Shown here: in pieces, positions 29,082-37,251 of the stretch | Layout of the letters: each line of letters begins with the position of its first letter | Position numbering within the stretch: the stretch's first letter is position 1 | Source of the DNA: Candidatus Omnitrophota bacterium | GTDB taxonomy: Bacteria; Omnitrophota; Gorgyraeia; Gygaellales; Profunditerraquicolaceae | Assembly (NCBI GenBank): GCA_041651035.1 | Contig: JBAZKC010000001.1 | Coordinates: 515,244 to 579,243, forward strand | Direction of reading: 5' to 3' | Length of the DNA stretch: 64,000 nt | Translations under genes and position numbers: made by a program | Notes under the pieces: model-generated | Seen by the model: only the letters and a program-made list of their open reading frames with translations | Database searches by the model: none | Told to the model about the DNA's origin: nothing

Positions 29082-29110
29082 GGATATAACTTGACAATGT
29101 CAGGACGCTA
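29082..29110 (+). promoter_or_regulatory. Consensus sigma70-type promoter TTGACA-N17-TATACT
   Basis: TTGACA at 29082-87, TATACT at 29105-10. Spacer contains GGACGCTAT, shared with the promoter at 39475. AGGAGG RBS and a TTG start at 29173 lie downstream. Confidence 0.55.
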
Positions 29111-29172
29111 TGTTATACTCTAATTGAGCTCAAGAATGTCCAAACTAGGGCTTATAAACGAGGAGGCACAAG

Positions 29173-31128
29173 TTGGGAGTTGTCTATAAATTAAAAGATG
29201 AAATAAGAGATTTTATCGTAGAGAAAAAGAGATCAAACCAGGTCTTAAGTTGCCGGCGTATGTCTCTTTTAATTGAGGAGAAATTTAAGTCAAGGATATC
29301 TAAATCCAGCATTAACGCCATTATGAAAGAGGCCGGCTTGAGTATGCCGGTAGGAAGAAGGTTAAAAAAGAGAAGGCGCGGGCAGCAGGTGCCGCCTAAT
29401 TTGATAGAATTCAAGCCTATAGATGTGCCTTCTGAGATCAAAGAAGCGATCTCGCCTCTTAAGCCTATTACAGTTCAATCAAATATAACCCCTCCATCTG
29501 AACCAGTTATACCTCTGCCTGTTGTACCCTCGGCACCAGAACCTATTGTGGAGCAGCCTGTTGCGACTCCGGAGCCAGAACATATTGCGGAGCAACCAGT
29601 TACACCATCTCAGCCCGAGCCTGCTATAGAACAACCAGCAGTTATTCCTCCGCCTGAGCCGATTATAACCCCGCCAGCTGAGGTCCCGCCACCGCAACCT
29701 ATTGTGGAACAACCAGTTGTGGAGCAGCCTGTTATAGAACAACCGGTTCCTGCGGCACCTACGCCGGTTGCCGCGCCAACACCAATAGAAGAGCCAGTTG
29801 TCGCGCATATTGAGCCTCCGTCGGAGACGGAATGCACAGGGGCGATATTACTTAAGGCCACAGATTATTTAATAAAAGGTAGTTTCAATATCGCAGAGGC
29901 AGTCAAAGGCCGGTTAAGTAAACAAGAAGGAGATCTTTTGACTAAAACAGAAAGCCTGATTTATCTATCTTTATTTGAAAAGGATCTTCCCGGACTTTGG
30001 GCGTTTATAGACAGGCAGTTATCCGCAGAAGGCATAACAACTTATCTCAATGAACTGCAATCAGTTAGCGCATTAAACTCAAATATTCTTCGTGCTATTT
30101 CCAGCGCCTTACAAGAAGTCCGTTGTATCAAAGCTAATTGTTTGGGCGGGGATATTTTTTATTTAGATGGCCAGATGCACACTGTTTGGTCAACCCAGTA
30201 TATACCGTATGATTTCTCCGCAACTATTTACGACACAAAGAGTTGCATAAATAGATATTTCTTCGGAAGCGATCCTTTTGTTTTGTTTGTGGCGCCTGGC
30301 TATGATATCCCTACCAGGGAATTCTTTAATTTTATCTTAAGCCTAGCCTCCAAAGAGAAAACAATCGCCAACTTAACTCTTTATAATAATAAACTTGAGG
30401 AATTAGAGGTTGTCCATTTGGGCCAGCCAAAGAAGCGTTATTTTATTTGCGGGTTCTACCCCTGGCAATATGTGGAGTACCGCAAGGTCTATAAAATAGG
30501 GGAATTCAGGCCGTTCTACGCGGAGGCATTGCATAAAGATATTTATGGCGCGGACATAGAGATTGAGCTATCACAAACAGTTGGTATACAACATGTTATG
30601 TTAAGGGGGTGTGCTTTAAAAATGACTCCGGATGAGAAGACGCGCCTGGTAGTATTAAGCAATTTCGCCTATGGAGAGATCAAACCGGAAGATCTGGCAA
30701 ATACTTACCTGAACCACTGGCCAAACCTGGAAGAATGTTTTCAGGATTTCAGCCGAAAAATAGAGCTCTTTACTTACACCGCTGCCTCACGGCGTTTTTT
30801 CTCTCCGGATTTCCTTAATTTTGACAGCGGATCCAGCCAGGATATCAAGACGCTCTTTAATAATTACCTGAAAGCGCTTGATCTGTATATCAGATGGCAC
30901 TTCCTGCCGCTGGGTTATGAAGACAGCGATTTCTCGACGGTAAATGAGCGTTTTTACAGCCTAAAAGTCAGGCTTAAAAGAGAAAAAGGATATTGCCTGG
31001 CAATTTTTCAGCCTCCCTCAGGTTATGCTTATCTAAAGGAACTTGAATACGCCTGCCGCCGCGTAAACGAAAAAGAGATAATTGATCTCCACGGCAAAAA
31101 ATTACAGTTCAGCGTTGCTTCCCAGTAA
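29173..31128 (+). CDS. Hypothetical protein: N-terminal HTH-like region, proline-rich tandem-repeat linker (PEPIVEQPV-type), and a 430-aa C-terminal domain with faint DDE-transposase (IS4/IS1634-like Y..[RH]W..E…K) resemblance
   Basis: TTG start with AGGAGG 6 nt upstream. Residues 90-215 are a Pro/Glu/Gln-rich imperfect repeat. YLNHWPNLEECFQDFSRK resembles the Y-x2-R-W-x-I-E-x2-F-x3-K signature of IS4-superfamily transposases. Confidence 0.45.
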   Translation: MGVVYKLKDEIRDFIVEKKRSNQVLSCRRMSLLIEEKFKSRISKSSINAIMKEAGLSMPVGRRLKKRRRGQQVPPNLIEFKPIDVPSEIKEAISPLKPITVQSNITPPSEPVIPLPVVPSAPEPIVEQPVATPEPEHIAEQPVTPSQPEPAIEQPAVIPPPEPIITPPAEVPPPQPIVEQPVVEQPVIEQPVPAAPTPVAAPTPIEEPVVAHIEPPSETECTGAILLKATDYLIKGSFNIAEAVKGRLSKQEGDLLTKTESLIYLSLFEKDLPGLWAFIDRQLSAEGITTYLNELQSVSALNSNILRAISSALQEVRCIKANCLGGDIFYLDGQMHTVWSTQYIPYDFSATIYDTKSCINRYFFGSDPFVLFVAPGYDIPTREFFNFILSLASKEKTIANLTLYNNKLEELEVVHLGQPKKRYFICGFYPWQYVEYRKVYKIGEFRPFYAEALHKDIYGADIEIELSQTVGIQHVMLRGCALKMTPDEKTRLVVLSNFAYGEIKPEDLANTYLNHWPNLEECFQDFSRKIELFTYTAASRRFFSPDFLNFDSGSSQDIKTLFNNYLKALDLYIRWHFLPLGYEDSDFSTVNERFYSLKVRLKREKGYCLAIFQPPSGYAYLKELEYACRRVNEKEIIDLHGKKLQFSVASQ

Positions 31129-31168
31129 AATATCCAGGAAACCGCTTTCCCAACAGCCAAAAATATCC

Positions 31169-31197
31169 TTGACACTTTTTTTAACAGATGGTATATT
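31169..31197 (+). promoter_or_regulatory. sigma70-type promoter TTGACA-N17-TATATT driving the flp gene array
   Basis: TTGACA at 31169-74, TATATT at 31192-97. About 200-nt leader before the first flp ATG. Confidence 0.5.
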
Positions 31198-31220
31198 TTA
31201 AGTGGCAAATTATAATTATG

Positions 31221-31384
31221 GCAGCGAAAAAGGGGAGGGCAATTCCACTAGGAGGAAGTGGATGCGCAAAGCCACGGGACCATGCTCGCTGAAAGAGCCT
31301 TTTTATATTTATTTATTTTTGGGTAGAAACGGTGATAATATCCGGGTTACCGAAAGCCGGGAAATTTTGGTAACCCGGTTTTGT
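31221..31384 (+). ncRNA. Candidate c-di-GMP-I (GEMM-like) riboswitch with intrinsic-terminator expression platform
   Basis: Ordered blocks AGGGCAAttCC, hairpin CCACt-AGGAGGAA-GTGG, GCGCAAAGCCACGGG, … CCGGGTTACCGAAAG resemble remembered GEMM-I conserved blocks (GGCAAACC / ACGCAAAGC…CGGG / GGGUUACCGA). The 3' block is the 5' arm of a perfect 10-bp stem (CCGGGTTACC at 31342-51 with GGTAACCCGG at 31369-78) followed by TTTTGT. Confidence 0.35.
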
Positions 31385-31401
31385 ATTATTAGGGGTTAAT
31401 A

Positions 31402-31590
31402 ATGGGTTTTAGAAAGTTCTTAAAAATTGTTTCCACGACGAAGGCGCAGTCTTCTTTAGAGTATTTTATTTTATTCGCTGTGATCGGCGGCTTGACTCTT
31501 ATAACCCTAAGCTCTTTTTTGCCTCAAGTAAAGCAATCCGGCGAAGACCTGTTCACTAACGCGGCGAACAGGATCATTAATCCTAAATGA
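31402..31590 (+). CDS. flp: Flp-family pilin (short form, 62 aa)
   Basis: …TKAQSSLEYFILFAVIGGLTLITL… Flp motif (x-x-x-E-Y plus a hydrophobic helix). Confidence 0.65.
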   Translation: MGFRKFLKIVSTTKAQSSLEYFILFAVIGGLTLITLSSFLPQVKQSGEDLFTNAANRIINPK

Positions 31591-31591
31591 A

Positions 31592-31741
31592 ATGAAAAAA
31601 GCGCAGAGTATTTTAGAATACGCGATGATCATCTCGGTAGTGGTAGCGGCTTTAATGGCGATGAATATTTATGTTCAGCGTTCAGTACAGTCGAATCTCA
31701 AGACGATAGAAGACAGGGTTAATGCTAAACCCGCGAATTAA
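31592..31741 (+). CDS. flp: Flp-family pilin (49 aa; below the ORF-track size cutoff)
   Basis: Manual translation: MKKAQSILEYAMIISVVVAALMAMNIYVQRSVQSNLKTIEDRVNAKPAN. Confidence 0.55.
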   Translation: MKKAQSILEYAMIISVVVAALMAMNIYVQRSVQSNLKTIEDRVNAKPAN

Positions 31742-31755
31742 AGGAGGATGGTAAA

Positions 31756-31920
31756 ATGAGGAGTAATAATGGTCAAAGTGTATTGGAATATGTCATTATT
31801 CTAACCGCTGTTATCGCTGTAATTATCCTCGCGGCGCAGAATATTATCAGGCCCGCGGTAAACCAGATAATGACCAACGCGGCAAGTTCTATGAATAGAG
31901 CGGCAAACCAATTGCCTTAA
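31756..31920 (+). CDS. flp: Flp-family pilin (54 aa; below the ORF-track size cutoff)
   Basis: Manual translation: MRSNNGQSVLEYVIILTAVIAVIILAAQNIIRPAVNQIMTNAASSMNRAANQLP. AAGGAGG RBS upstream. Confidence 0.6.
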   Translation: MRSNNGQSVLEYVIILTAVIAVIILAAQNIIRPAVNQIMTNAASSMNRAANQLP

Positions 31921-31937
31921 CTTATAAGGAGGGAAAG

Positions 31938-32261
31938 ATGCTGCATATCCTAAGGAACAAGAAGGCCCAGACTACCGCAGAATACGCCATACTTATAGGT
32001 TTAGTAGTAGCGGCTTTAATCGCTATGCAGACTTATGTAAAAAGAGGCCTGCAGGGCAGGATGAAAGACGCTACCGATACCTTTGCCACAGAGACTACTA
32101 ACCTCGGAGCTACGACTCAATATGAGCCGTATTATTTAAATCAGGCCAGCACCGGCACGAGCAGCTCTCAGCAAAGCGAAGGCATAACCGAAGGCGGCGG
32201 AGTGAGTAGGACTCAAAATGCCACATCCACCAGGACGGGCACGCAGTCATACGGTTGGTAA
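31938..32261 (+). CDS. flp: Flp-family pilin, long form with Ser/Thr-rich C-terminal tail (107 aa)
   Basis: KKAQTTAEYAILIGLVVAALIAMQTYVKRGLQG… followed by a T/S/G/Q-rich 60-aa tail. AGGAGGG RBS upstream. Confidence 0.65.
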   Translation: MLHILRNKKAQTTAEYAILIGLVVAALIAMQTYVKRGLQGRMKDATDTFATETTNLGATTQYEPYYLNQASTGTSSSQQSEGITEGGGVSRTQNATSTRTGTQSYGW

Positions 32262-32291
32262 AAAGAGCTTTTATTTAAGCAGGAGGAATAA

Positions 32292-32630
32292 ATGAAATCA
32301 AGGGGTTTTAAGAAAGGGCAGGGCACATTAGAATACGCGGTTATCGTGGTGGTGGTTATAGGCGCGCTTATCGCGATGCAGTGGTATATTAAAGGAGGCT
32401 ATCAGGGAAAGCTCAGGCAGGCTTCCGACGATATGGGTGAACAGTTCTCGCCGACGCGCACGACCACTAATTATGTTACAAGCACATCATCTTCTACGAA
32501 TGAGCAGGTTTCAGGGGGTTCGTTAGGCAGCAACGTCATGCCGGTAAGTTCCACTAATTTTACCCAAACCCAAAGCAGGGCGGGGAGCGAAAGTGTGGAG
32601 AGCTTAAGCACGACAAGCGACCAGAGATAG
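32292..32630 (+). CDS. flp: Flp-family pilin, long form with Ser/Thr-rich tail (112 aa)
   Basis: KKGQGTLEYAVIVVVVIGALIAMQWYIKGGYQG… followed by an S/T-rich tail. Confidence 0.65.
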   Translation: MKSRGFKKGQGTLEYAVIVVVVIGALIAMQWYIKGGYQGKLRQASDDMGEQFSPTRTTTNYVTSTSSSTNEQVSGGSLGSNVMPVSSTNFTQTQSRAGSESVESLSTTSDQR

Positions 32631-32657
32631 GCCGTTTTAATGTAGGATGTTTTAAAT

Positions 32658-32981
32658 ATGTTTAAACAATTTACTAAGGCGCAGAGCCTTGTAGAATATT
32701 CTATTATCCTGGCGGTGGTACTGGCTGCTTTAATGGGGATGCAGTTATATATGAAACGCGGCCTGCAGGCAGGAGTAAAGGTTGCCGCCGATCAATTAGG
32801 TTCCCAGGAGAGCGCGGATGTATTAATAAACTTTAAAAGGCAGGCAAATACAGTCAGTAATACTACGGCTCTAAAATCCGGCGTAGTTAGGACACAGGTT
32901 TCTGAAGGAGGGAGTCAAACCAAGGCTACAGATATTACTGATACTGTAGTTAGCTCTTCAGTATCTACGATGCAGGAATAA
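32658..32981 (+). CDS. flp: Flp-family pilin, long form with Ser/Thr-rich tail (107 aa)
   Basis: TKAQSLVEYSIILAVVLAALMGMQLYMKRGLQAG… followed by an S/T-rich tail. Confidence 0.65.
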   Translation: MFKQFTKAQSLVEYSIILAVVLAALMGMQLYMKRGLQAGVKVAADQLGSQESADVLINFKRQANTVSNTTALKSGVVRTQVSEGGSQTKATDITDTVVSSSVSTMQE

Positions 32982-32984
32982 AGG

Positions 32985-33326
32985 ATGGAGGAGATGAAAA
33001 ATAAGCTGATAAGGGCGCAATTCAGTTTGGAATACGCGGTAGTTATCGTCTGTATAATTATAGCTCTTATAGCTATGCAGGCTTATATGAAACGCGGCAT
33101 GCAAGGAAAGATGCGCCAGACCGCCGACAGTATCGGCGAACAGTATGACCCGGCAAGCACCACTTCGGACAGCACAATGGCCTTTAATTCAGTTACTAAT
33201 ACTTTAACGACTACTATAGATAACAGCGGCTCAACTACTACCAATACCGTTTCTAATTTTGAAGAGACACAGACCCGCACAGGTACTGAAACGGTCGGGC
33301 CGCTGGAGAACGCTACTTTAGAATAA
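32985..33326 (+). CDS. flp: Flp-family pilin, long form with Ser/Thr-rich tail (113 aa)
   Basis: IRAQFSLEYAVVIVCIIIALIAMQAYMKRGMQG… followed by a T/S/N-rich tail. Confidence 0.65.
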   Translation: MEEMKNKLIRAQFSLEYAVVIVCIIIALIAMQAYMKRGMQGKMRQTADSIGEQYDPASTTSDSTMAFNSVTNTLTTTIDNSGSTTTNTVSNFEETQTRTGTETVGPLENATLE

Positions 33327-33337
33327 AAGGATGAACT

Positions 33338-34300
33338 ATGAACGCGCGCAAATATACCAGGCTATCAGGGCAGGCAATATTGGAATTGGCTATCTTTGGC
33401 GCTATTATCATCATGCTTTTAGGTATACTACTTAATTACGGTTTAAGGTATAGCTTGGAACAGAAGGTGATGATGAACACTTTTAGAGAGGCATTACAAG
33501 ACACTGCTAACTCTGTTACCGGTGGGCAAGGCAGTATCACCGTGATTCAGGATAAACATGTCCCCAATCCGGCTGACCCTTTTGGCGTGGGCACGGTAAC
33601 TCCTTTTGCTTCTAGCTCCAGCGTAACCCGTAGTTACAAATTACATGAGACCCCGGATACCTACGCGGAATTGCCTCGCGCCACCTTTCAAATACAGGAT
33701 AAAAAGTTCTCTTATAAGACCGCAGGGTTCAGGGATGTAGATAGTGCGTCAGGATTGAGTAAATATGAGGAGGTATACGGCGGCAGTAATGTCTGGGCAG
33801 TTGGAAGCGGGTTAAGGATACTTGATTCCTGCGAGGGTGAGATAATGAGCTATGATAACTGCAAGAGGCAATGCCGGATGATCACAGATACGGATTTCTG
33901 CGTCAAGGAATGCAACAGGGGCAAACTGGTGGGTAGCAGCACGGATTGCACTGCAGTCTGCGCCCAGGAAATAGAAACACCTTGGTATTGTAACTCGCTC
34001 GACAGTGTCTTTAATTTTGCCATTGCGACGAATAAGCCTAAGGCAATGGGGGTGCAGTCTGAGTATAGCAAACAGACTGTAGTAAGCAATATCCTAAGAA
34101 AACAGGAATCCGCAGGTAAAATAGCTACTACTGATACTATAGACTGGTCTGATACCACCAAGAGAATGATACTTTATAACGAGCGAGTAGTAAGTCCAAG
34201 CGGGGCGATGCAGCCTGGTATTAATATTCAGTCAACTCCGGTTGAGACTACAGTCGGTGAAACAACCACGCAGGAATGTCAGGACGGAGTTTGCCAATAA
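33338..34300 (+). CDS. TadE/TadG-like pseudopilin with cysteine-rich C-terminal domain
   Basis: N-terminal …LSGQAILELAIFGAIIIMLLGILLNYGL (TadE-like motif). C-terminal region has at least 10 Cys (CEGEIMSYDNCKRQCRMITDTDFCVKECNRG…C…C…C). Confidence 0.55.
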   Translation: MNARKYTRLSGQAILELAIFGAIIIMLLGILLNYGLRYSLEQKVMMNTFREALQDTANSVTGGQGSITVIQDKHVPNPADPFGVGTVTPFASSSSVTRSYKLHETPDTYAELPRATFQIQDKKFSYKTAGFRDVDSASGLSKYEEVYGGSNVWAVGSGLRILDSCEGEIMSYDNCKRQCRMITDTDFCVKECNRGKLVGSSTDCTAVCAQEIETPWYCNSLDSVFNFAIATNKPKAMGVQSEYSKQTVVSNILRKQESAGKIATTDTIDWSDTTKRMILYNERVVSPSGAMQPGINIQSTPVETTVGETTTQECQDGVCQ

Positions 34301-34311
34301 AGGAGAATGTG

Positions 34312-34746
34312 ATGGAAAGAAAGAAAATAAGCCTTATAGCGTTACTAGCGGCTGTATTATTTATATCGGGTTGCACGGGTGCAGAGACCGATGCCCAGTT
34401 TACCAAACGCGTTTTTAACGGTTTGGTCAAGGGGAACCAGAAAATACAGGATTCCATAGATTGGGAGAAATTCAAGGCCTTTGGAATAGACACAGGTCAG
34501 GCTTATTCAAATATAGTGTCTGAAAAAGAAAGGGCGGACTACCGGAAGATATTTTTATATAATTGCGCCTTTACTTTTAGAGCCGCCAAAGGTAAGCCGG
34601 CCGTCATTTCTAACTGGCGGGTAAAGAGCAGGGAAGGCGATAATACAATTGTAGCGGCGGATACCCCTGTAGGGAAGGCTTTATTGTTTACTTTAACTTT
34701 TAGCAAAGGTAAACGCAAGCTTGCCGCCATAAATTGGCAACAGTAA
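34312..34746 (+). CDS. Lipoprotein of unknown function
   Basis: MERKKISLIALLAAVLFISGC lipobox (start trimmed to the internal ATG at 34312). Confidence 0.45.
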   Translation: MERKKISLIALLAAVLFISGCTGAETDAQFTKRVFNGLVKGNQKIQDSIDWEKFKAFGIDTGQAYSNIVSEKERADYRKIFLYNCAFTFRAAKGKPAVISNWRVKSREGDNTIVAADTPVGKALLFTLTFSKGKRKLAAINWQQ

Positions 34747-34766
34747 GGATTACGAAGGTAGTAAAT

Positions 34767-35009
34767 ATGATAAGAGAAGGCAGCCAAGCTAAAAAAGCAC
34801 AAGTAACTTTAGAGTTGGCTACCGCCCTTATCTGTATTTTCCTGTTACTTCTGGCGAGTGTAAAGCTCGGTACTTGGCTAATAGGCAGGATGGTAGTCAG
34901 GCAGGAAGATTATGAAACCAGCAGGGTAGCAGCAGGCAGCACAAATATAGGAGAAGCAGTTGATGAATCGGACACTACAAGATATAAAAACCTGCACTTC
35001 TTTAAATAA
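34767..35009 (+). CDS. Small TadE-like protein
   Basis: …KKAQVTLELATALICIFLLLLASVKLG… TadE-like N-terminal segment. Track ORF 34734 uses TTG; ATG 34767 preferred. The 3' end overlaps the tadG start by about 47 nt in another frame. Confidence 0.4.
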   Translation: MIREGSQAKKAQVTLELATALICIFLLLLASVKLGTWLIGRMVVRQEDYETSRVAAGSTNIGEAVDESDTTRYKNLHFFK

Positions 35010-37251
35010 TCTCAAGAAAGATAGGCTATCGGCGCAAGTAGCCACTCTGCTTATCTTGGTTATCGCGGGTATACTTATTTTTATCCTGGCAGTGGCAAAT
35101 ATCGGGCATATTTCTAATTATGCCACAAACCTTTCCAATGCTGCGGATGCCGCCAGTCTTTCTTTAGCCTCCCAGTTAGGCACAAAATCATTTCAGTTTT
35201 CCGCTTCCTTAATGAAATCTTGTCACAAGGCGGATAAATGTTGTCAGAAAACCGGACTGCTAAGTGTTCTTTTAGCTATAGTTATAGCGATTATAGTGAT
35301 AATAATTGTTATTGTTTCATGGGGTTCGGCAGCGCCGTTAGGAGCAACTTTTTTGGGGGCTGCTTTTACGATGTTACAAACAACGGCCGGAGCAGCATTT
35401 ATGACCGCCGCCGCCGCTGTTGGCGGAGCTGTTGGCGGAGCTGTTGGCGGAGCAATTGCGGGAACAGGAGCTTTGCAAGGGGCAATCCAGGGTTTTATGA
35501 TTGGAGCGGCCCTTGGTTCTATAGTATCACTTGGAGCGGGTCTAGCAGGCGGAGGGGCTGTAGCTGGGTCGGGCGGAACATCTGTTGCTTGGGATTTTTC
35601 TATTCCTAGTATTGGTCTGGAGCTTGCGCCAATCTCGATTACTATACCCGCCGGAGCAGCTATACCCTCTTTTGTAACATCAGGAGTAGCAGCAGGGGTA
35701 GCAACAATAGGGGCAAGCAGCCTTGCTATTGCCAGTGTGTCAGGTGCTATTACTGGTGCCGTTGCTGGCGTAACTCTTTCCGCTGCTTCCAGTATCTACA
35801 GCGCCTATGCCAAGGACGCTATGCAGGATGCCGCAATGGCTGACGCGGTCAGGAAATTAAATGGCCTGCCCGAAGGTACCCGCTACCGGGAAAGCATATT
35901 TTTACAGGCATTATCTCAAACTGTAGATGATCCAAATAAGGCGGTGGATACCTATGATTCCGACGGTGACGGCGATACCGCAGAAGAAGTTCCATATTTT
36001 CAAATCTGGTGGGACAATCGTATTGCTTTTTTAAAAGGAGAATATGCCGTTAGTTTAGAGGAGGCAAAAGAGGTAGTTAACGCGTTCATACAACTGTATC
36101 CGTCTTCCAGCGCAAAATATTCTTTCCAAGGCGCGGTAAGGACGTTTGAAACAGCCAGCAGCACTTTTAAGGCTGCCCTATCCAGACTAGAACTGGAATC
36201 TTCCGACGGCAGCGTGGTTGAGCTTTTACGCGCCTTAGAAAATGCCGGCTATGATGTTTCTTTCTGGGAATCGGGTCCAACCTACTCCGCGTATAAGGCT
36301 TGGATGGAATCTACTGATGAAGACTCTGAGGCCCCCACAGGTTATGATGAATTGGATTATGTTATCGGGGAACTGGATGATTTTAACGATGAAATTGATA
36401 CGTTAAGGTCAATGATATCATCAAATTTTGACGATTTGATATACAACTGGGAAAGTTGGCTTACTGCTTTTTATGACCCCGAATCTTATAACGTCAGTTG
36501 CACGGATGGCGTATGCTCCGGAGGCGATTATTATACTATCTTTCAACGGATGATAAACGGATATTCCGCTGATTCTCCCCCGCAGGTAGGCTTAAACGGC
36601 TGGGTTAGTGGAATAGAAAACATCAGGGAGCGGCTTCCTGTCTGCACTTATGGTACTAATAGATATGATAGAGACGGCAACTTTTTGGGGTGTCTTACTT
36701 ATACCAATTCTACTGATTGTATCTTAAGCGATCCACCCTGTAGGTGGCATCCTGCCGATCCCACATTTGGAACTATAGATAAGGATTTTGATGATGAATT
36801 CCAGGCTGTCCAGGATGCCATAAATAATTTTGCCGCGGCAACCGAGGCATTTCGTCAGCACTCGGTGGATTTTTATAATGCCCTTGTTGCCGCCTTAGAT
36901 CCCGATATGCAAAGATTGGCTGGCTACGGAGGCTCTAACCCTATAACTTACAAATGGGCTGATTCCCGCGGTGACCATAATGTTGCTGTAACGCTTGGCA
37001 GTTTTAATATCCCTCGCTTGATACGCAAGAAATACGGCAACTGGTTGAAAGGTAAAAAGTGCATAATCCTGGTAGACCATACCCAAAATGTAACCGTAAC
37101 CATAAAAAGGCAAGACCCTGCCAATAAAGAAATGGGCATATTGGGCTCTTGGAATCCTTCTTTCAACGGGATAATCCAGCGTAAATCCACGGCCCAGTAC
37201 CGGGGGTTAGCAGGAAATAATAACGGTTACGTAAAATTAGTAGGAAAATAA
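34963..37251 (+). CDS. tadG: TadG-like Flp pilus assembly protein (763 aa) with Gly/Ala-rich low-complexity core
   Basis: N-terminal …DRLSAQVATLLILVIAGILIFILAVANIG… (Tad-like N-domain). Long G/A/S-rich region, including (VGGA)x3 from a 12-nt tandem repeat at 35418-53. Confidence 0.6.
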   Translation: MNRTLQDIKTCTSLNNLKKDRLSAQVATLLILVIAGILIFILAVANIGHISNYATNLSNAADAASLSLASQLGTKSFQFSASLMKSCHKADKCCQKTGLLSVLLAIVIAIIVIIIVIVSWGSAAPLGATFLGAAFTMLQTTAGAAFMTAAAAVGGAVGGAVGGAIAGTGALQGAIQGFMIGAALGSIVSLGAGLAGGGAVAGSGGTSVAWDFSIPSIGLELAPISITIPAGAAIPSFVTSGVAAGVATIGASSLAIASVSGAITGAVAGVTLSAASSIYSAYAKDAMQDAAMADAVRKLNGLPEGTRYRESIFLQALSQTVDDPNKAVDTYDSDGDGDTAEEVPYFQIWWDNRIAFLKGEYAVSLEEAKEVVNAFIQLYPSSSAKYSFQGAVRTFETASSTFKAALSRLELESSDGSVVELLRALENAGYDVSFWESGPTYSAYKAWMESTDEDSEAPTGYDELDYVIGELDDFNDEIDTLRSMISSNFDDLIYNWESWLTAFYDPESYNVSCTDGVCSGGDYYTIFQRMINGYSADSPPQVGLNGWVSGIENIRERLPVCTYGTNRYDRDGNFLGCLTYTNSTDCILSDPPCRWHPADPTFGTIDKDFDDEFQAVQDAINNFAAATEAFRQHSVDFYNALVAALDPDMQRLAGYGGSNPITYKWADSRGDHNVAVTLGSFNIPRLIRKKYGNWLKGKKCIILVDHTQNVTVTIKRQDPANKEMGILGSWNPSFNGIIQRKSTAQYRGLAGNNNGYVKLVGK

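Noticed and set aside
29479-29861. Two minus-strand ORFs (109 and 83 aa) with Arg/Trp/Cys/Gly-rich translations
   Set aside because: They are reverse-frame artefacts of the proline-rich tandem-repeat region of the plus-strand 29173..31128 gene.
29173-31128. Calling the 651-aa protein a bona fide IS transposase and annotating an IS element
   Set aside because: Only a single weak C-terminal motif resemblance was seen. No DDE triad could be placed and no terminal inverted repeats were found within 150 bp of either end.
31202-31399. 65-aa plus-strand ORF between the promoter and the first flp gene
   Set aside because: The region is better explained as a structured 5' leader (riboswitch-like element and terminator hairpin). 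The ORF has no RBS-like context, and its peptide is low-complexity.
33083-33280. 65-aa minus-strand ORF inside flp7
   Set aside because: It is antisense to a pilin gene with a clear Flp motif, and is a shadow ORF.
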